Assembly: GCA_036172245.1 (NCBI GenBank)
Contig: JAYWIR010000041.1
Coordinates: forward strand, 1,178,001-1,242,000
Length of the DNA stretch: 64,000 nucleotides
Direction of reading: 5' to 3'
From: Raillietiella orientalis
Lineage: Eukaryota
Every line of letters starts with the position of its first letter. The stretch's first letter is position 1. The position numbers and the translations under genes were made by a program. Below the pieces are notes generated by a model. The model saw only the letters and a list, made by a program, of their open reading frames with translations, ran no database searches and had not been told where the DNA came from. Positions 11,100 through 22,999 of this stretch are shown in pieces.

Positions 11100-11640
11100 C
11101 TATAGGGGCAGCCTCGGTAGCCCCGCAGACCCGTCAGCGTGCGTGATGCAACAATCTCGACAGCGACACAGTGCTGCCGCTTATTGCTGCACCGGCACGA
11201 AAGCCCCGAAGCTTCACTTCCAGCACGCGTCTCTCGGCATCTGTGCGACTCGGTTGCTTCGTCCGCGCCGCCTCAGGTTCTCCCTCGCATCCACCGACAC
11301 ATCGAATCTTCCAGAACACTCGCCCGCGTGGCCACTCATGACGCGTGCTGGCAAGCGGGAGGACTCTGCACGGTCCGTCAGCGCCTGCGGAAGCGCGGCT
11401 TCTGGTCCATCGCCAGCTGCAGCTCGTCGAGGCGTCTCCTGGGAGACCACCGCACACCAGAGCGTCCGCGGATGCGGGGGGGGAGCGACGTTGCCCCTTC
11501 CCGTTTCCTTCCTGCTCGAGCTCGTCTCCCCGGCGGGCGCGCGACAGGTCCCGCGAGGATGGGCTCGCTGGGTTGTGCGATACTGTGCCTCCTCCGAGCC
11601 CGTAAGGGTGGTACGAATCGGCGAGCAGCGGCACTCGCTC
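11100..11640 (+). mobile_element. L1-like RT thumb/post-thumb relic, homologous to 56340-56520
   Basis: DATIS (SGA.IN-like), HASLGI (YLGI). 11399-11480 aligns with 56443-56520. Confidence 0.5.
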
Positions 11641-11734
11641 TTTCGTTAGGAGGACCCCGTGCTGCCCTGGCGGCGGCTCCGCAGCAGCAGCGCCTGCCGT
11701 TCAGAACGGACGAGCGGCGAATTTGCGGCGATGC

Positions 11735-12720
11735 CACCCGGATACGCCGGGACGTTTATTCAAACTCAACTTAGGGTCATTACAAAACGTGGTACAAAAC
11801 CCCGCTAACGGCCAACATTTCGCCGGAACGCCGGTACGCAGACCAGCTCGATTCTCCTCGGCAGTGGAAGGGGATGGGGAAAAAAACTAAAAGAAAAATA
11901 ATAAACAAAACAATAAATAAAAAAAATATTTGGAGGGCGGGGAAGGGATCACTGCCCACTGGGAGGAGGGTCCATCCTTTGCAGGATGCCCTCGAGATCC
12001 TGCTTTAATCCACCCATCTGGGGCCATCCGGCAGCTCTTTGCAGGAAGCGAACAGCATACGGGATAACGTCCCTTACGTTGGCATCTTCATCTTTGGCTT
12101 CACTCCAGGCCGCCACAATACCATGGATGCAGCAGAGTGCTGCCAGGGCTGCGGCTGGCTGCAGGGCGTCCCGCACGAAGAGAAGGCGTTAAACGTCTCT
12201 GAGGTTGCCGCCAACCGGTATCCCAAGGGTCGTTCCGAGACGTTCCCATAGGGGCCGGAGGGCAGGACAGTCAACTATAAGGTGGGGAGGGACTCCCGCT
12301 CCCCGCACCTGGCACAATCAGGATTTACTCTTCCTCGCGTCCAGTGGAAGCGGCGCGAGTTGCAGGGTAGACCCCAGTGCAACAACAGAAGCGCCAACTC
12401 TTGCCACTTCAGGAGAAGAACCCTGGATCCGTTTAGCACTGGGGGCCACTTCAGGTCATCCGTAGGGATGCCGAGCAGCTCGCCCCATCTCGTTAGTCCC
12501 CGCGGCAGGACGCTCGGGGCCCTGGCGTCCGCCATGCTCTCCCATGGCCCAGCCGCTCATCGTCTCGGCGAGGCGCTTCCCGACGCGGCGAGGTGTCGCC
12601 GAGCGTTGGGAAGCAGCGGTGGCGTTCCCGCGTCCTGCCGTCGGGGCAGCGCCGCGCGCGAGGGGGAAGGGGAGGAAGTCAAGGAGGCGGCGAGGCGCAG
12701 AGTTTCCGGCTTGCGGCGGC
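11735..12720 (-). mobile_element. Family X copy 2: ORF2 C-terminus, 3' UTR and terminal hairpin
   Basis: LLHWGLPCN...DCARCGERESLP (12275-12535), then after a frameshift RDALQ..ALCCIHGIVAAWS...KQDLEGILQRM (11949-12176). T-rich tract, hairpin at 11830-11847, AATAAA at 11755-11760, hairpin at 11737-11751. Confidence 0.85.
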
Positions 12721-12729
12721 GGCGACGAG

Positions 12730-13260
12730 GCTGAACCAACGAGGGCAGCGCCGCCCTTGCGGGCGATGCGATTCACTCAGGCGCCGACGTTCGCAGATAC
12801 CGCACGGCGGCGTTGTGTGCACGTCGGGGGGCCGCAGGAAGGAGGTGGGCGCTGCGTCGGTCGTCTCGACTCGCGCGTGGCGCGAGCTAGTCCGTCGCCG
12901 CAGGGAGTGGGTGGTCACGCCGGGCGTGCTGGGAGGCCGGGCAGCAGTGAGGCGGCGCCGCGGCGAAGGAAGGGAAGTCCGTGGGGCTCGTTGGTGCGTA
13001 GCGGTGCGTAGGCTGTGGCGGAGCCTGGGTGCTGCGGGACGCGGGGGACGAGGAGGAGGGTCGCGCGGTCGGCGAGCTCGCTGCACGGCGAGCGGAGAGT
13101 CGCCGGAAGGCGCCTGCGGCAGTGCCGGACAGCGACTTGCTGGTGGAGGGTCCACGTTCGTCCCGGGTGCTCGCTCGGTGGATGACCCCGGTCCTCACGC
13201 CCCGGGTGCGTGCGCGCAGGAGGGGTCTGGAATGCGACGCTTCCTCCGATCGCGCCGCAA
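12730..13260 (+). mobile_element. APE endonuclease relic (L1-like), homologous to 56620-57010
   Basis: AWRELVRRRREWVV (W..L....W.V.GDFN-like), LRDAG, MTPVL (DH.PVL-like). 12890-13035 is highly similar to 56781-56930. Confidence 0.5.
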
Positions 13261-13649
13261 GCGCGACCGTTGGCTTCTTCCCGCGAGGGTCTACCGCGAG
13301 GATCGATTCCCCCTGAACCTGCGTTTCGCTCCCCCACGGTCCGGGCGGATGAATGGATCCTTCCTCTCCCTGTCAGGAGCAGCCTTGGTAATCTTGTGAT
13401 TCATCAGTGCTGCTTCTTTGCTCGCACCTGTGGTGTTGCAGCACCCGTCCGACTCTCCATGGAAACAGCCGATTTATTTTCATCGGATGCTAATAAACGC
13501 CTTCTAAGCCTCGTGGACGGGCGGCGCTCTGTGGGAGGGAAGGAAGAGGGGGCGACGGAGGATTCGCGGAATTCCCCGAACCACGCGCTTCTTTCCCGTG
13601 GTACTCCCTCAGCGTCTTCGTTCGTCACTGTGCGCCCTCGGGATGCCTC

Positions 13650-14140
13650 GCTAGGAATCGAGCGACTTGAGGCCTGGCGGCGCTTCCTTCCCTGCCGTAG
13701 CGCGGTCTCGGCGCATGGTGGCTGCACGCCTCGAGCCGGGCGTCCAGGAAGCAAAGGAAAGCGGGAAAGAAGGAGCGGCGGAGACCGTGGCTCTCAGCTT
13801 CTGCTCCCCGCTCTGGTCCGTAGTTCGGCGGATGTCCCCGGCAGCGTGGTCTTTGCTCTCCGCGCTGCGAGGAAAGCAGGGAGAGGACACGCCACTTTCC
13901 CCTTCTGGAGGAACATCTCTCCCTTCCCCGCATTCTGGCTGGCATGCTCCTCTCGCAGGCGCTGACGGGCGTGGAGGCCGAGCTCAATCTTCCCTTTGAG
14001 CGTCGTTGCTCTCGGGAGTCCGTGGTCATCGGCGGGCTGCGTCGACAACGAAACCCCGTGATTACTGAGCCGGATGAACCGAGGCCGCAGAGCGCTCGGT
14101 GTGCCACTCACTTCAGCCCGTGCAAGGTGCTGGTTGCTAC
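13650..14140 (+). mobile_element. L1-like RT relic
   Basis: MVAARL, GKQGEDTPLSP (G.RQGDPLSP), PLAGADG (FADD-like), SPCKVL (P.KYL). Confidence 0.55.
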
Positions 14141-14479
14141 GGACGCTGCAGGACCTTCCTGGCAGCCGCAGAAGTCGTGCCCCGCTGAGGAGAGTGCGTA
14201 GCTACTAGCCCTACGAAAACTATCGGTTCCGAAGACGGGTGTGCCCGGGTGTCGAGTCCATGCTCATCCTCCGGGACAGAGTCGCTCCTGCCTGCCTGCG
14301 TTCCGTCGCAGGAGAACGGCAGGTTCCCTTTAGCACCCGGAGACGCCGGCGCGTTTCTGGAAACGATGCATCCGCACCAGAACAGTCAGGCATTAGCCCG
14401 GAACATCCCTCCCTAGTGAGATGCCAGATCCCATTGCATTCGCTGGTGCCCTGGAGCGTTTGCGCTAACGAGCGGGTCG

Positions 14480-17170
14480 CCTAGGGCGGTCTGCTTGGAG
14501 AAAACTGGGAGGAGAGGGGAAAATATAAATAAGAAAATAAACACTCACGAGTAGGGGAAGGGAAGGCAGCAGAAGCGATCGCAGATGCTTTTCCATGCTC
14601 CCTCGGCATCCTGTGCTTCAGTTTGGAGAGCTCCCGCTTGCATTCCACCGCCTGAGACCACCTCGTTGACCTCCTCAAGAAGCAGGTCATCGTGGGTATG
14701 GCTCTCCTCCCGCCCTGCCCTCTCTATGCTACGCTTCGCGCCGCTGCCGTGCCGTGCAGACGACGGAGAGCCGCGCTTCTCACAAGAAGACCCTCCAACG
14801 CGTCCCCATGTGGTCTCCTGCCGGGAGCAGCAGGGCCGTCGCGAGGCGTTCCCATCTCGCAGCCCAATAGCAGGTGCGGAGAGCATTCCGCTTCCTGCAC
14901 AGCTCGGGGCCAGCCCCCACCGGTTTGGTGGGACTCCGCAGAGCGTTTGCGCGGGAGACCCCAGCACGGCCACCGAGCGCCGCCACCTCAGGGCAAGTGT
15001 GGAGCTGTCTGTGAGAGCTCCAAGACTTGCAGGGGGATCCCTGGGAGATGCGCCCGGCCGGAGCGGTGCTTTCGGACGGGCAGTTGTCGCGCCGACCAGC
15101 TACCGTGGAGTCTCTTCGACAGCTCTGCGCTTTCGCAGGTCACCTCACATCCCTTCGGTCGGTTGCTGTTGTGACTCTCCCCGTAGGGAGAACAGTGCGG
15201 CAGAAAAGGAATTGGCTGTCACTCTGGTCCACTTGCTCTGTTCCTGGATCATTGTCTTCCCGCTTGCGGCGGCCGTAGTTGACTAATCGCCATCACCTGA
15301 GCTCGTGGACGTTTGCCCGCATCCATACTCTTTCCTGCCTCCAGGCACTACTGCTCGCAGGCAAGCAGGAATCCCTCTTTGATGAGGCAGGTCACTTCGC
15401 AATCGACCACACTCTTTATAAGGAGGCGGCAGGGATGCACCGGTAGTTGGTTCAAGACTTGACCAACGGGAGCTGCCGCTTTATTCGCTCCAGAGTCAGG
15501 AGACTAAGTCCTCCATTCTGATGCAGAATAGCAAAGTCTTTAAACTGTACTCTGGACCTCCGTAAGCTGGAGCACTTTCCTCAGCATGTCTGCGGTCCTA
15601 TATTTCACCACTTTGGGAACGGGACAAACAGAAAGCCGGTGAGGGAAAGAAGGAAGAGGAAAGCCACTGAAGCGTTTCACACCGAGGTCCCTTCCAGGAA
15701 AAGCTGCTTCTCATCTTGGAACGGGTCCATAGCCGACTCTGCGCTTTGGCTAGGCTGCTGTTATCCAGAAGTCTTCCAACGAATTGCAGAGGTACTTGAA
15801 GTACCTGCCTGTAACGATTTCTTCGGGTTCACGTGACATCAAGAGGAACGACTGATGCCTTCGTCCTATTCACACGCGTGCCCACTCCCGACAGATCAAT
15901 TCCAAGAAGAAGGCGTAGAGCACTGGGATGGGAAGAGCAGCAGCAGAAGGAGGAGATCATTCGCGTAGGCGGCTGCCAACACGGCCGGAGGGCCCGGGCA
16001 TATGTTGGGCAAGTTAGCCAGCGTTCCCTGTACGCCTTCAACACCCTCTCCAAGTAGGTGCTCAAGTACCCAGGCTGCCTCCTTGCCTTGCTCCTTGCCA
16101 CACCGGCACGCCGTGAGCGTAGAGGTTGCCGAAAGAAAAATGTCGATGAGTGTGTAGCTCCAGCAGGAGCGCAGGCAGACCTCTAGCAAGGATGCCGAGG
16201 TCCGTGCTCTCCAGGAAGAGCTGCCGGGCCACAAGTCAGCTGTTATCTCGAGAACAGTCCATTCAGCCTTCCTGCGCCTGGCCGACGCAGAGTTCCTGCC
16301 TGGCTCTCCTTGCCTCTCGACTCTGTCGCGACTCTGGAGAAGTGACCATGGAGAAGAACAGGTTGGCTTCCATGCTTCGTCCGGGAACAGCGTGTGTCAG
16401 ACTGCCTGTGAATTCCACCAGCCGTCCCGGTTATTTACCTGTCAGCAGCTTGATGCCCGCGTACATTGCGGTAGTCGGACGATCCTATGCTGAGTAGGGC
16501 TTAAGGAGTAGATCGGAACGGCATCCAGCTCGCTTGCCGAGTCGGTGTATTCAGTCGATGCGCCAAGGGAATCAGCCCTGGTTAACGAAGCACGGATTCG
16601 CAGGCAGACAGTCCTCCATTGACGCTTTGCTACTCCTGAGCTTTCCAGTGGCGCTGATGATCTCTCTGATGAGTGAAAGACTTGCTGAAGTTCCTATTCA
16701 ACTCACCGCCCATCGATAAGCGCTTTCCAGCAGCCATCGCCACAAGAAATTACCTTATGACCAGTCGCACCCCTTGTGACCCTTACCTCAGATGGAAATG
16801 AGCGTTCCTGGAAAGTCCCTGAGTTCCGGCGGGTAAGAGGGTTGTGCTGTTGCGCAATTAAACCTTTGGGCGCGAGATCTGTTGGAGTCTCCGTCGCCTC
16901 AGTTCTCGATGGCGAGAGATCCGACAAATCTGATGTGAAGGAGGGTCTTTGGGCATCGTATCGTCGATCCCAAGTCCCCGGAAGAAGTGCACGCCCCGAT
17001 TAGTCATTCTCCATGGCTGGAACACGTCTTGGGTCACCGGCCAGCAACCTTCACTCAACCTGTTCTTGGGATTGATTCAAACCTGAAGCTGGAAGAACCA
17101 CGATCTTCGTGAGTCTACCACCAGCCGAAAGGTCACAATCGGTCGAGAAAGTGGTCGGTTCAAGGTTAGG
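14480..17170 (-). mobile_element. Family X copy 3: degenerate ORF2 from endonuclease end through RT to zinc finger
   Basis: Ordered motifs: GGRLTK (~17115), REIISATGKLRSSKASMEDCLPA (RT domain 0, ~16650), AVPGRSMEANL (~16380), WQGARQG (~16090), AAAYANDLLL (~15960), SGVGTRVNRTKAS (~15870), YFKYL (~15800), QNGGLSL (~15510), WGLP and ECSPHLLLGC (~14870), FLRRSTRW..CKREL. Confidence 0.85.
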
Positions 17171-17191
17171 TCGGCTTACGTAGGAGCGCCT

Positions 17192-18040
17192 CCAAAGCTC
17201 CCCACACCGGCACGGTACCCCGAGGCGAGCCCCACCTGAGGAAGGCAGCGGCGACCGTCCATTGCGAGCGCCGCCAACCCGCGGTCCCGAACCCCCTTCG
17301 AACGCACACCCGCTACCGTCCTCCGAGGGTTCCCTCTTTTCCGCCGTCACGCTGGGAAGGGCCTTCCCGGAGAGCGAAACGGTCGAGGGAAGCTGCCCGC
17401 TTCAGCCCGGCGGACGGAGCGCGAATGACCAAGTGGTCTTCGTGAGTCCGCCACCATCCGGAAGACCACAGTCGGGCGGGGGAGCTGTCAGGTCGAGCGG
17501 TAGCAATGACCACCAGTCGGCTCGACCCTTCGCCTCGCGTGCTGGGCGCGCGTCCTGTCAGAGGAACCTCCGTGACGCGTCCCGAGCGCCTCTTGCCAGT
17601 GGGGAGACCATCACCACGACCATCGACACACGGGTCGTCGGTGGGGATCGCCGTCGAGCAGGACATGTGGGGGAAGGAGAGGAGGGACTTGGCGACCTCG
17701 ATGGAGTCGGTCGATCCAAAAGGTGGACTCGACTGGTCGGCCATGCCCCACGGCGACAGAGGAGCGACGAACCTGGGCGTCTGCCGGCTGCACGAGCGCC
17801 CGGCATTGGCGGAAGACGGGGCGAGCCGGAAGAAGGAGGAGAGAGATGGGCGCAGAGTTGGACCTGTGTGAGGGCGCCCCCGCAGCGGTAGGCACGTTGC
17901 CTGCGGCGCGCTTGGGGACCTCGGGCGAACCGGAGAAGGGCGCGGTGACGAGAGAACTGGGAATGCCGCAGGCGGACGAGCACATCGGGGGAGAGAGGGA
18001 AGGGGGCAAGAGATGGCGGTCTGGACCATCCAGCCTTCCG
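17192..18040 (-). mobile_element. APE endonuclease relic; inverted repeat of 52468-53307
   Basis: SPDVLVRL (D...LQE-like), RCGGAL, FWIDRL, PPHVLLDGDPH (GDFN-like), SLLPLDL..GWWR (DHS...G.WRLN-like). 17360-17764 is identical to the reverse complement of 52734-53138. Confidence 0.75.
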
Positions 18041-18199
18041 GGAATGCGCGCTGGAAACGTCGGCTCCCGTCATGAAGGATCCCCGACGTGAGGGCGATTT
18101 CTAAGAGAGCAGGGCAGGATGCGAGTAGGTGAAACTGTCCCATTCGCTTCTGTTTACCCTCACCTCCCCCTATTTTAGCGTGGCTGCAAGCAACAGGGT

Positions 18200-19500
18200 G
18201 GAAATGGCGTCATGGAACCTCCGCAGCACGGCCGTCCTTGAAGCAACATCGGGTCGGAGGCGAGAAACCAAGCGGATGGAAGGTGCCAGCGCTGCCGCAG
18301 TGTGCTGGGACAGGAAGATCCGTCGGGACTTCCGCGATGAGCCGAATCCTCCTTGCACGCTGGGCGCAGATGACACCGTCATTTAGGCGATGCTCCCCCC
18401 CCCCAGTTTCTCTACAGGATTTGGGTGTTTCGCACTCCCGCGCGGCGCTGAGAGCCGCCTACGGATCTCGTGCGTCTCCTCGAATGGCTCTTCGGGCACC
18501 GCTCGCGAGCAAAGGGGTGAGGTGACTCCCGGCGCCGCCGGGTCTCCTGCTGGCTGTCGGATCAGCTGCCCGCCTCTCGATCGCCCCACAGCGTTCTTCC
18601 GACGCCCGGCGTCTCCCTGCGCTTTCTCGGAGGCCGGTAGGCGGGAGCAGCGCCTCCGGGAGTCCGCCGAGCGGGCGGCGGAACTTGGAGGGTGGATGGG
18701 GGCGGAGTCGCCTCCGTGCGGCCGCGCTCCCTCCGGGCCGAACTTTCTCGAGACTCCGCAAAGTTGTCCCTTCCGCTAACCTGCCGAACCTGTGCCCGGG
18801 CACGCCGGCAGTGTCGGCCGCTGTCCACGCGTGCAATCTCTTGCTGCCGCCGCTGCCTTCCCCTCCCCGTTCCTCGACTCCATCTTCAGGTAGACCCGTC
18901 GAAGGGCGAGCACGTGTGCGAAAGTCTTCCCCTTCTTATTCTGCTCCTTTCGTTCTTCCACTTCCCGTTCCTATTCCCCTCATTCTTCACAGGCTCGGGC
19001 ACCCCCGTGGGCCACCGGACACGATGAGCTACAAGCCCAACGTACTCCTCGCTTGCATCCTCGCTGGCATCCACAGCTGGACCATCCGCCCCTGCAGTTG
19101 TTTCATGCGGTACTGCCAGCCCGTAGCGAGCTGCATCGAGGAAAGGGGGCAATCGCCCTGGAGTGGCCTGGAGGAAACACGGAACGAAGCAGGAGCAGGC
19201 GAGGCTGCGGAACCGCGGCTGACAGCACTCGCATGTCCCCCGAAAGAGCCTTTCTCGTCCGCCTGCGGCATCTCACACGGCGGGATAACTCTGAGGAGAC
19301 GAAAGACGCCCTATAGGCAACAGTCCAAGAGCTCACGTCCCGCCTGCGGCATTCCGGGGAACGCTCGCACCTCCCTGGGTGCGCGTCACTCCTCCGCCCT
19401 CGCAGCTCGCCTCAGCCAACTCCCTGGCACACGAGCTCCAGCTCAGAGCAAACGTTCGGGACATCCCCTTCCGTTGTCAGAGGATGCCAACGCATGAAAC
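18200..19500 (+). mobile_element. Heavily deleted family X-related L1 relic (EN start, RT core, C-terminus)
   Basis: MASWNLRS at 18204. ANLPNLCPGTPAVSAAVHACNLL (~18776-18845) is homologous, with many synonymous changes, to ANLPNICPGPPAVLAAAYANDLL of copy 3. ANVRDIP (~19450) resembles ANVRDVIP of copy 2. Confidence 0.6.
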
Positions 19501-19599
19501 GCCGCCACGCCCTCCATCGTTGTCGGCAACACTCCCAGGTGCGCACCAGGTCGAATGCGCTCTGTGGCTGGCGCCTTCGTCGACTACGCTATGAAAATG

Positions 19600-21400
19600 G
19601 GAGCTCCTGGTCAGAAGCCAAGTTGCATCCAGCGTTGAGTCGTATGCGCAACGACCTGAACTCCACTTGAAGAAAGCGACCCGTCTCATGACACTCGGAG
19701 TTTGAATTCCGCTCCATACCACAGCGCCAGCGCTCCATGCGACCGCCAAAAGATTTCTTCATTCTTGCGCTTACAATGATGCGCCGGAGGGCGTCAACCA
19801 ATGACCAGGGGGCTATCCACCGTCCTCACTGCTGCCTGGATACCCTCTCCGTTCTCCTCACTGTACGAAGCCGTCGCTCCCAAAGAGGATCGCTCCGCCT
19901 CGGCACGGAGGACACATGCGCGTGCTTCCGGCGGGTCTCCCTGCAGCAGCATGTGCTCCAGCTTACCACTTGCCCCCCGATGCGCTGCAGCCACCCCTCG
20001 GGCACCTCCACGTTCCACGAGACTCCGCCGTTCTCCGGAACTATAAGGGTCGGTCGTTCCGGCTCTGTCCTCCTCCAGGGCTGCCGCCGAAGATTCGTGG
20101 GGACAGGCGGCGAGCACGGCCATCGCCTTCCCGTCCCATCCCAGGGAGCTCAGTTGGATCGTCGTCCGGATGGCGTTCCGGGAACGGCCCCCACTTTGCT
20201 TGCGGAGCTGTCACAAGTAAGGCTGCCTGCTGGTCGGACTTCTCGCTCCCCATGCAGTGGTGGAGGATGCGGTCGAGGATCCTCCTCTCGTACAACGCTT
20301 CTGCCGCGCCTTCGGTGGGTGAGAACCCTGGTGGGCGTCGGCCGTGCGGGTGGCCCATACCAACAAATGTGCAGAGGAGGAGTCTTGAATTTTCACCGCT
20401 GAAGAGACGTGCCGACCTAACGAACTGACCTACGTAGGGCACGTTCTCCCCTTCCCTTCCCCCTTGGTCCGGGCGCGTTGTTCTGGGAGGGAAAGTGATG
20501 CCTCCTCGCGCTCTTCTTGCACTCTGGGCTCACCTCCTGCGCAGCTCCGTCTCGCCCTTGCCGACCCGGATCCCCTCTGTGGGGCGGTGCACACAGCCTC
20601 TCTCTTGTCACCTCCCGTGGTGTCTTTCTGGCGAACGCCGGCACTATTGGATGCGATGGGGTCAGCAGCTTGTGACAGCGGCCTTTGGCGAAATCGTCAG
20701 CGCGGTCGGGTAATGTCAGAGGGCCAAGGGACATCATTTCCTCGAGTGGTCAGCACCAGCGTACCCGTCGTAGCCGGTCTGCGGATTCCTCTGGAGTGTG
20801 TCGCCTCAGATCACTGTCTCCGGAGCGCCCAGTCATCCTTGTGGAACGTTGCCAGGCGACAGCGGTGTGCTAGCGCGGGAAAGAAGGATGCTCCCACGGC
20901 TCGCACGGCTCGCACACACTATCTGCCATGGGGGCAGCTCTGTGTCCATCCGGGTCACCATTTTTTGTGAGCTTGGTTGCGCGGTGTGTCCGGCGACAAT
21001 CTCAGGCAGAAGAGTTTTCCTCGATGCTCCCGCGCTTGGCTGTGCGCAAGGATCGGAGTGTCCCATTGGGAAAGGGGGAGCCTCTTGCGATCGTAGGTGG
21101 TAAACACCACCGAGCACGCTCTCTGAGGGTGGCGGAGAGACGAGCCGTGGTGCGCGGCACGCGTAGCCCTTGGAAACATCCCAGGGTGATGCCCGATTCC
21201 GTTCCTTTAACGGGTACTGGACGGGAGGAGGAAATGAGAGAAGGAAGGCGTTGGGACCACGAGGTTGCCTTGAAGTCGGTCTGAGAGACCGCAGCGTTGC
21301 CCGGAGCAGCCAACAGTAAGGCCGCTGGGATTGTGGGGTCCCAGGAAGAGGATGTGCTGTGAGTGCTAGGAAATCCAAGAGCGTGTTCGAGCCCGGAGTC
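19600..21400 (-). mobile_element. L1/Tx1-like RT to zinc finger relic
   Basis: WDVSKGY (D.SKAYD), PNGTL...KRG, LTLPDRA (L.L.GRA), VTRERLCAPPHRGDPG (V.R..LCLP...GGLG), KLEHMLLQ (~19955). Confidence 0.6.
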
Positions 21401-22999
21401 CGCTGATCGAGTGCACGGAGGGATCACGTGGAAAACAAAGGTGCTGGAACTGTTTACGTTGTGGAGAGCCTTCACGTCATGCCCACCTTCTTGTTCCGTT
21501 CTCGCGAGGTCATGGGGTCGCTTCCGCACCTATCAGTGACGTCGATGTTCTGCGCGATTCCTTCATCGGAGGGATGCCACCATCTGAGGGTTCCGTGAGT
21601 GTCGCTGCCATTGAAATCTCCCTCCCTATTATTTTTGAAAACATTCAAATAAAAACTTTTGGCTGTAGGCGCGCCATTTTGACGAAGTACAGCAGCGGCA
21701 TCTCCGGCTCTCTCATCATGTCTTCACTTTGGGAATTGCATGATGCTGGAGGACCGCGAGTTGTAGCTCGGGAGGTCACCCGAACGCTCTTCGCTCACGG
21801 AAAGGCAGTTAGGTCAGTACCGTTGGTGTCTCTTCCTTCTGGGCCCTTACGAACGCGTGGGGGGGAGGGTGCTCTGGTAGCGTACAGGCGGGCCGATGTG
21901 CTCTCCTTGCGCACTGCAAGCTCCGGACGGTGGAGAGGGTTCACTTTAGACGAGGAAGAGCACCTTGAGCCCTGCTTCCTTCGTCCCCATCCCGTGAATA
22001 GATGCGTTGGCAACTGACATTCCCTCAGGCTACGGTCCCGTTCCAGATATGAAGTCTCAGTGACCGGGAGGAGTCTAGCTGGACAGGGCGGATCAATTTG
22101 CAGTCCGAATATCGGACGGACCCTTCCTGAAGTGATGGAGTGACTCCTGCTTACGTGCAGCCCGACGTGCATGCTACGGCTCTTCCCTGGTACCTGTGAT
22201 TTTCTCCCAGTGCATTTTCTGCCAGCCGGACTTCGCTGAAGATTTCGGACACTCCATGCGAAATTGCTGCTGCCGACTTCATCGGATGTGTTGCTGCCTG
22301 CGGCGGCAGTTTGCGGCCTTCCATCCGCCGACGCCCATTTTGCGTTATCACATATGGGAGCAAAATAGTGGTGTTGTCCTGCATGCAACACTGGAGAGAC
22401 GTCTACCGAACACACCGGCTTGAGAATCATCGAAACCACAGGAAGCACGTGGTCTCGTGGTCGAGTTGCCACAGAAACAACACCAGCCTTCAGACTGTGG
22501 AGCTCTAGTGCAATCTTGGTTCAGCAGAGGATATCATCTATGCAGAGCTCAGGTCTCAGAGACAGGAAGACCAACCATAGTCATCGAGTTGACCTTTGTA
22601 GCAAGCTTGGAGAAGGGGAGGACAGGGACATTGATCCTCGGTGAGCAAAGCATACGACTATATGGATCTGCAGTCCTGTGTCCGCTGAAGCATCAGGATG
22701 GGTGGTCGTGGACTCATGAGGAAACGCGGGCTGGGCAATGTTTAACAAGCACCCTGCTTTTCCGGAATGGTTTCCAGTGGACCGAGTCTCTTCTGATGCT
22801 GCTTCGTAGGACGCCTACTCGTGTGCTCCAAGAACGTGGGAGTGTTGCCGTGGTTGGCGTGCTCTCCAGTCTCGTTACCTGGGTCTGTCCAGCCCGGAAT
22901 CTTCCGCCGAAGAAGTTCCCTGCCCGCTCCTACGCTTCCTGACTCAGCCGCGGCGTTCGCGAAGCGATGGAGTTCCTCTCCACTTCCTCCTCACCCTTT

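Noticed and set aside
19290..19310. CTGAGGA-GAC-GAAA hammerhead-like core (similar at 34963)
   Set aside because: No plausible stems I-III around the core.
20255..20310. ILDRILHH, resembling bacterial IS21 IstB
   Set aside because: There is no Walker A/B motif or IstA partner, and it lies inside an L1 relic; chance similarity.
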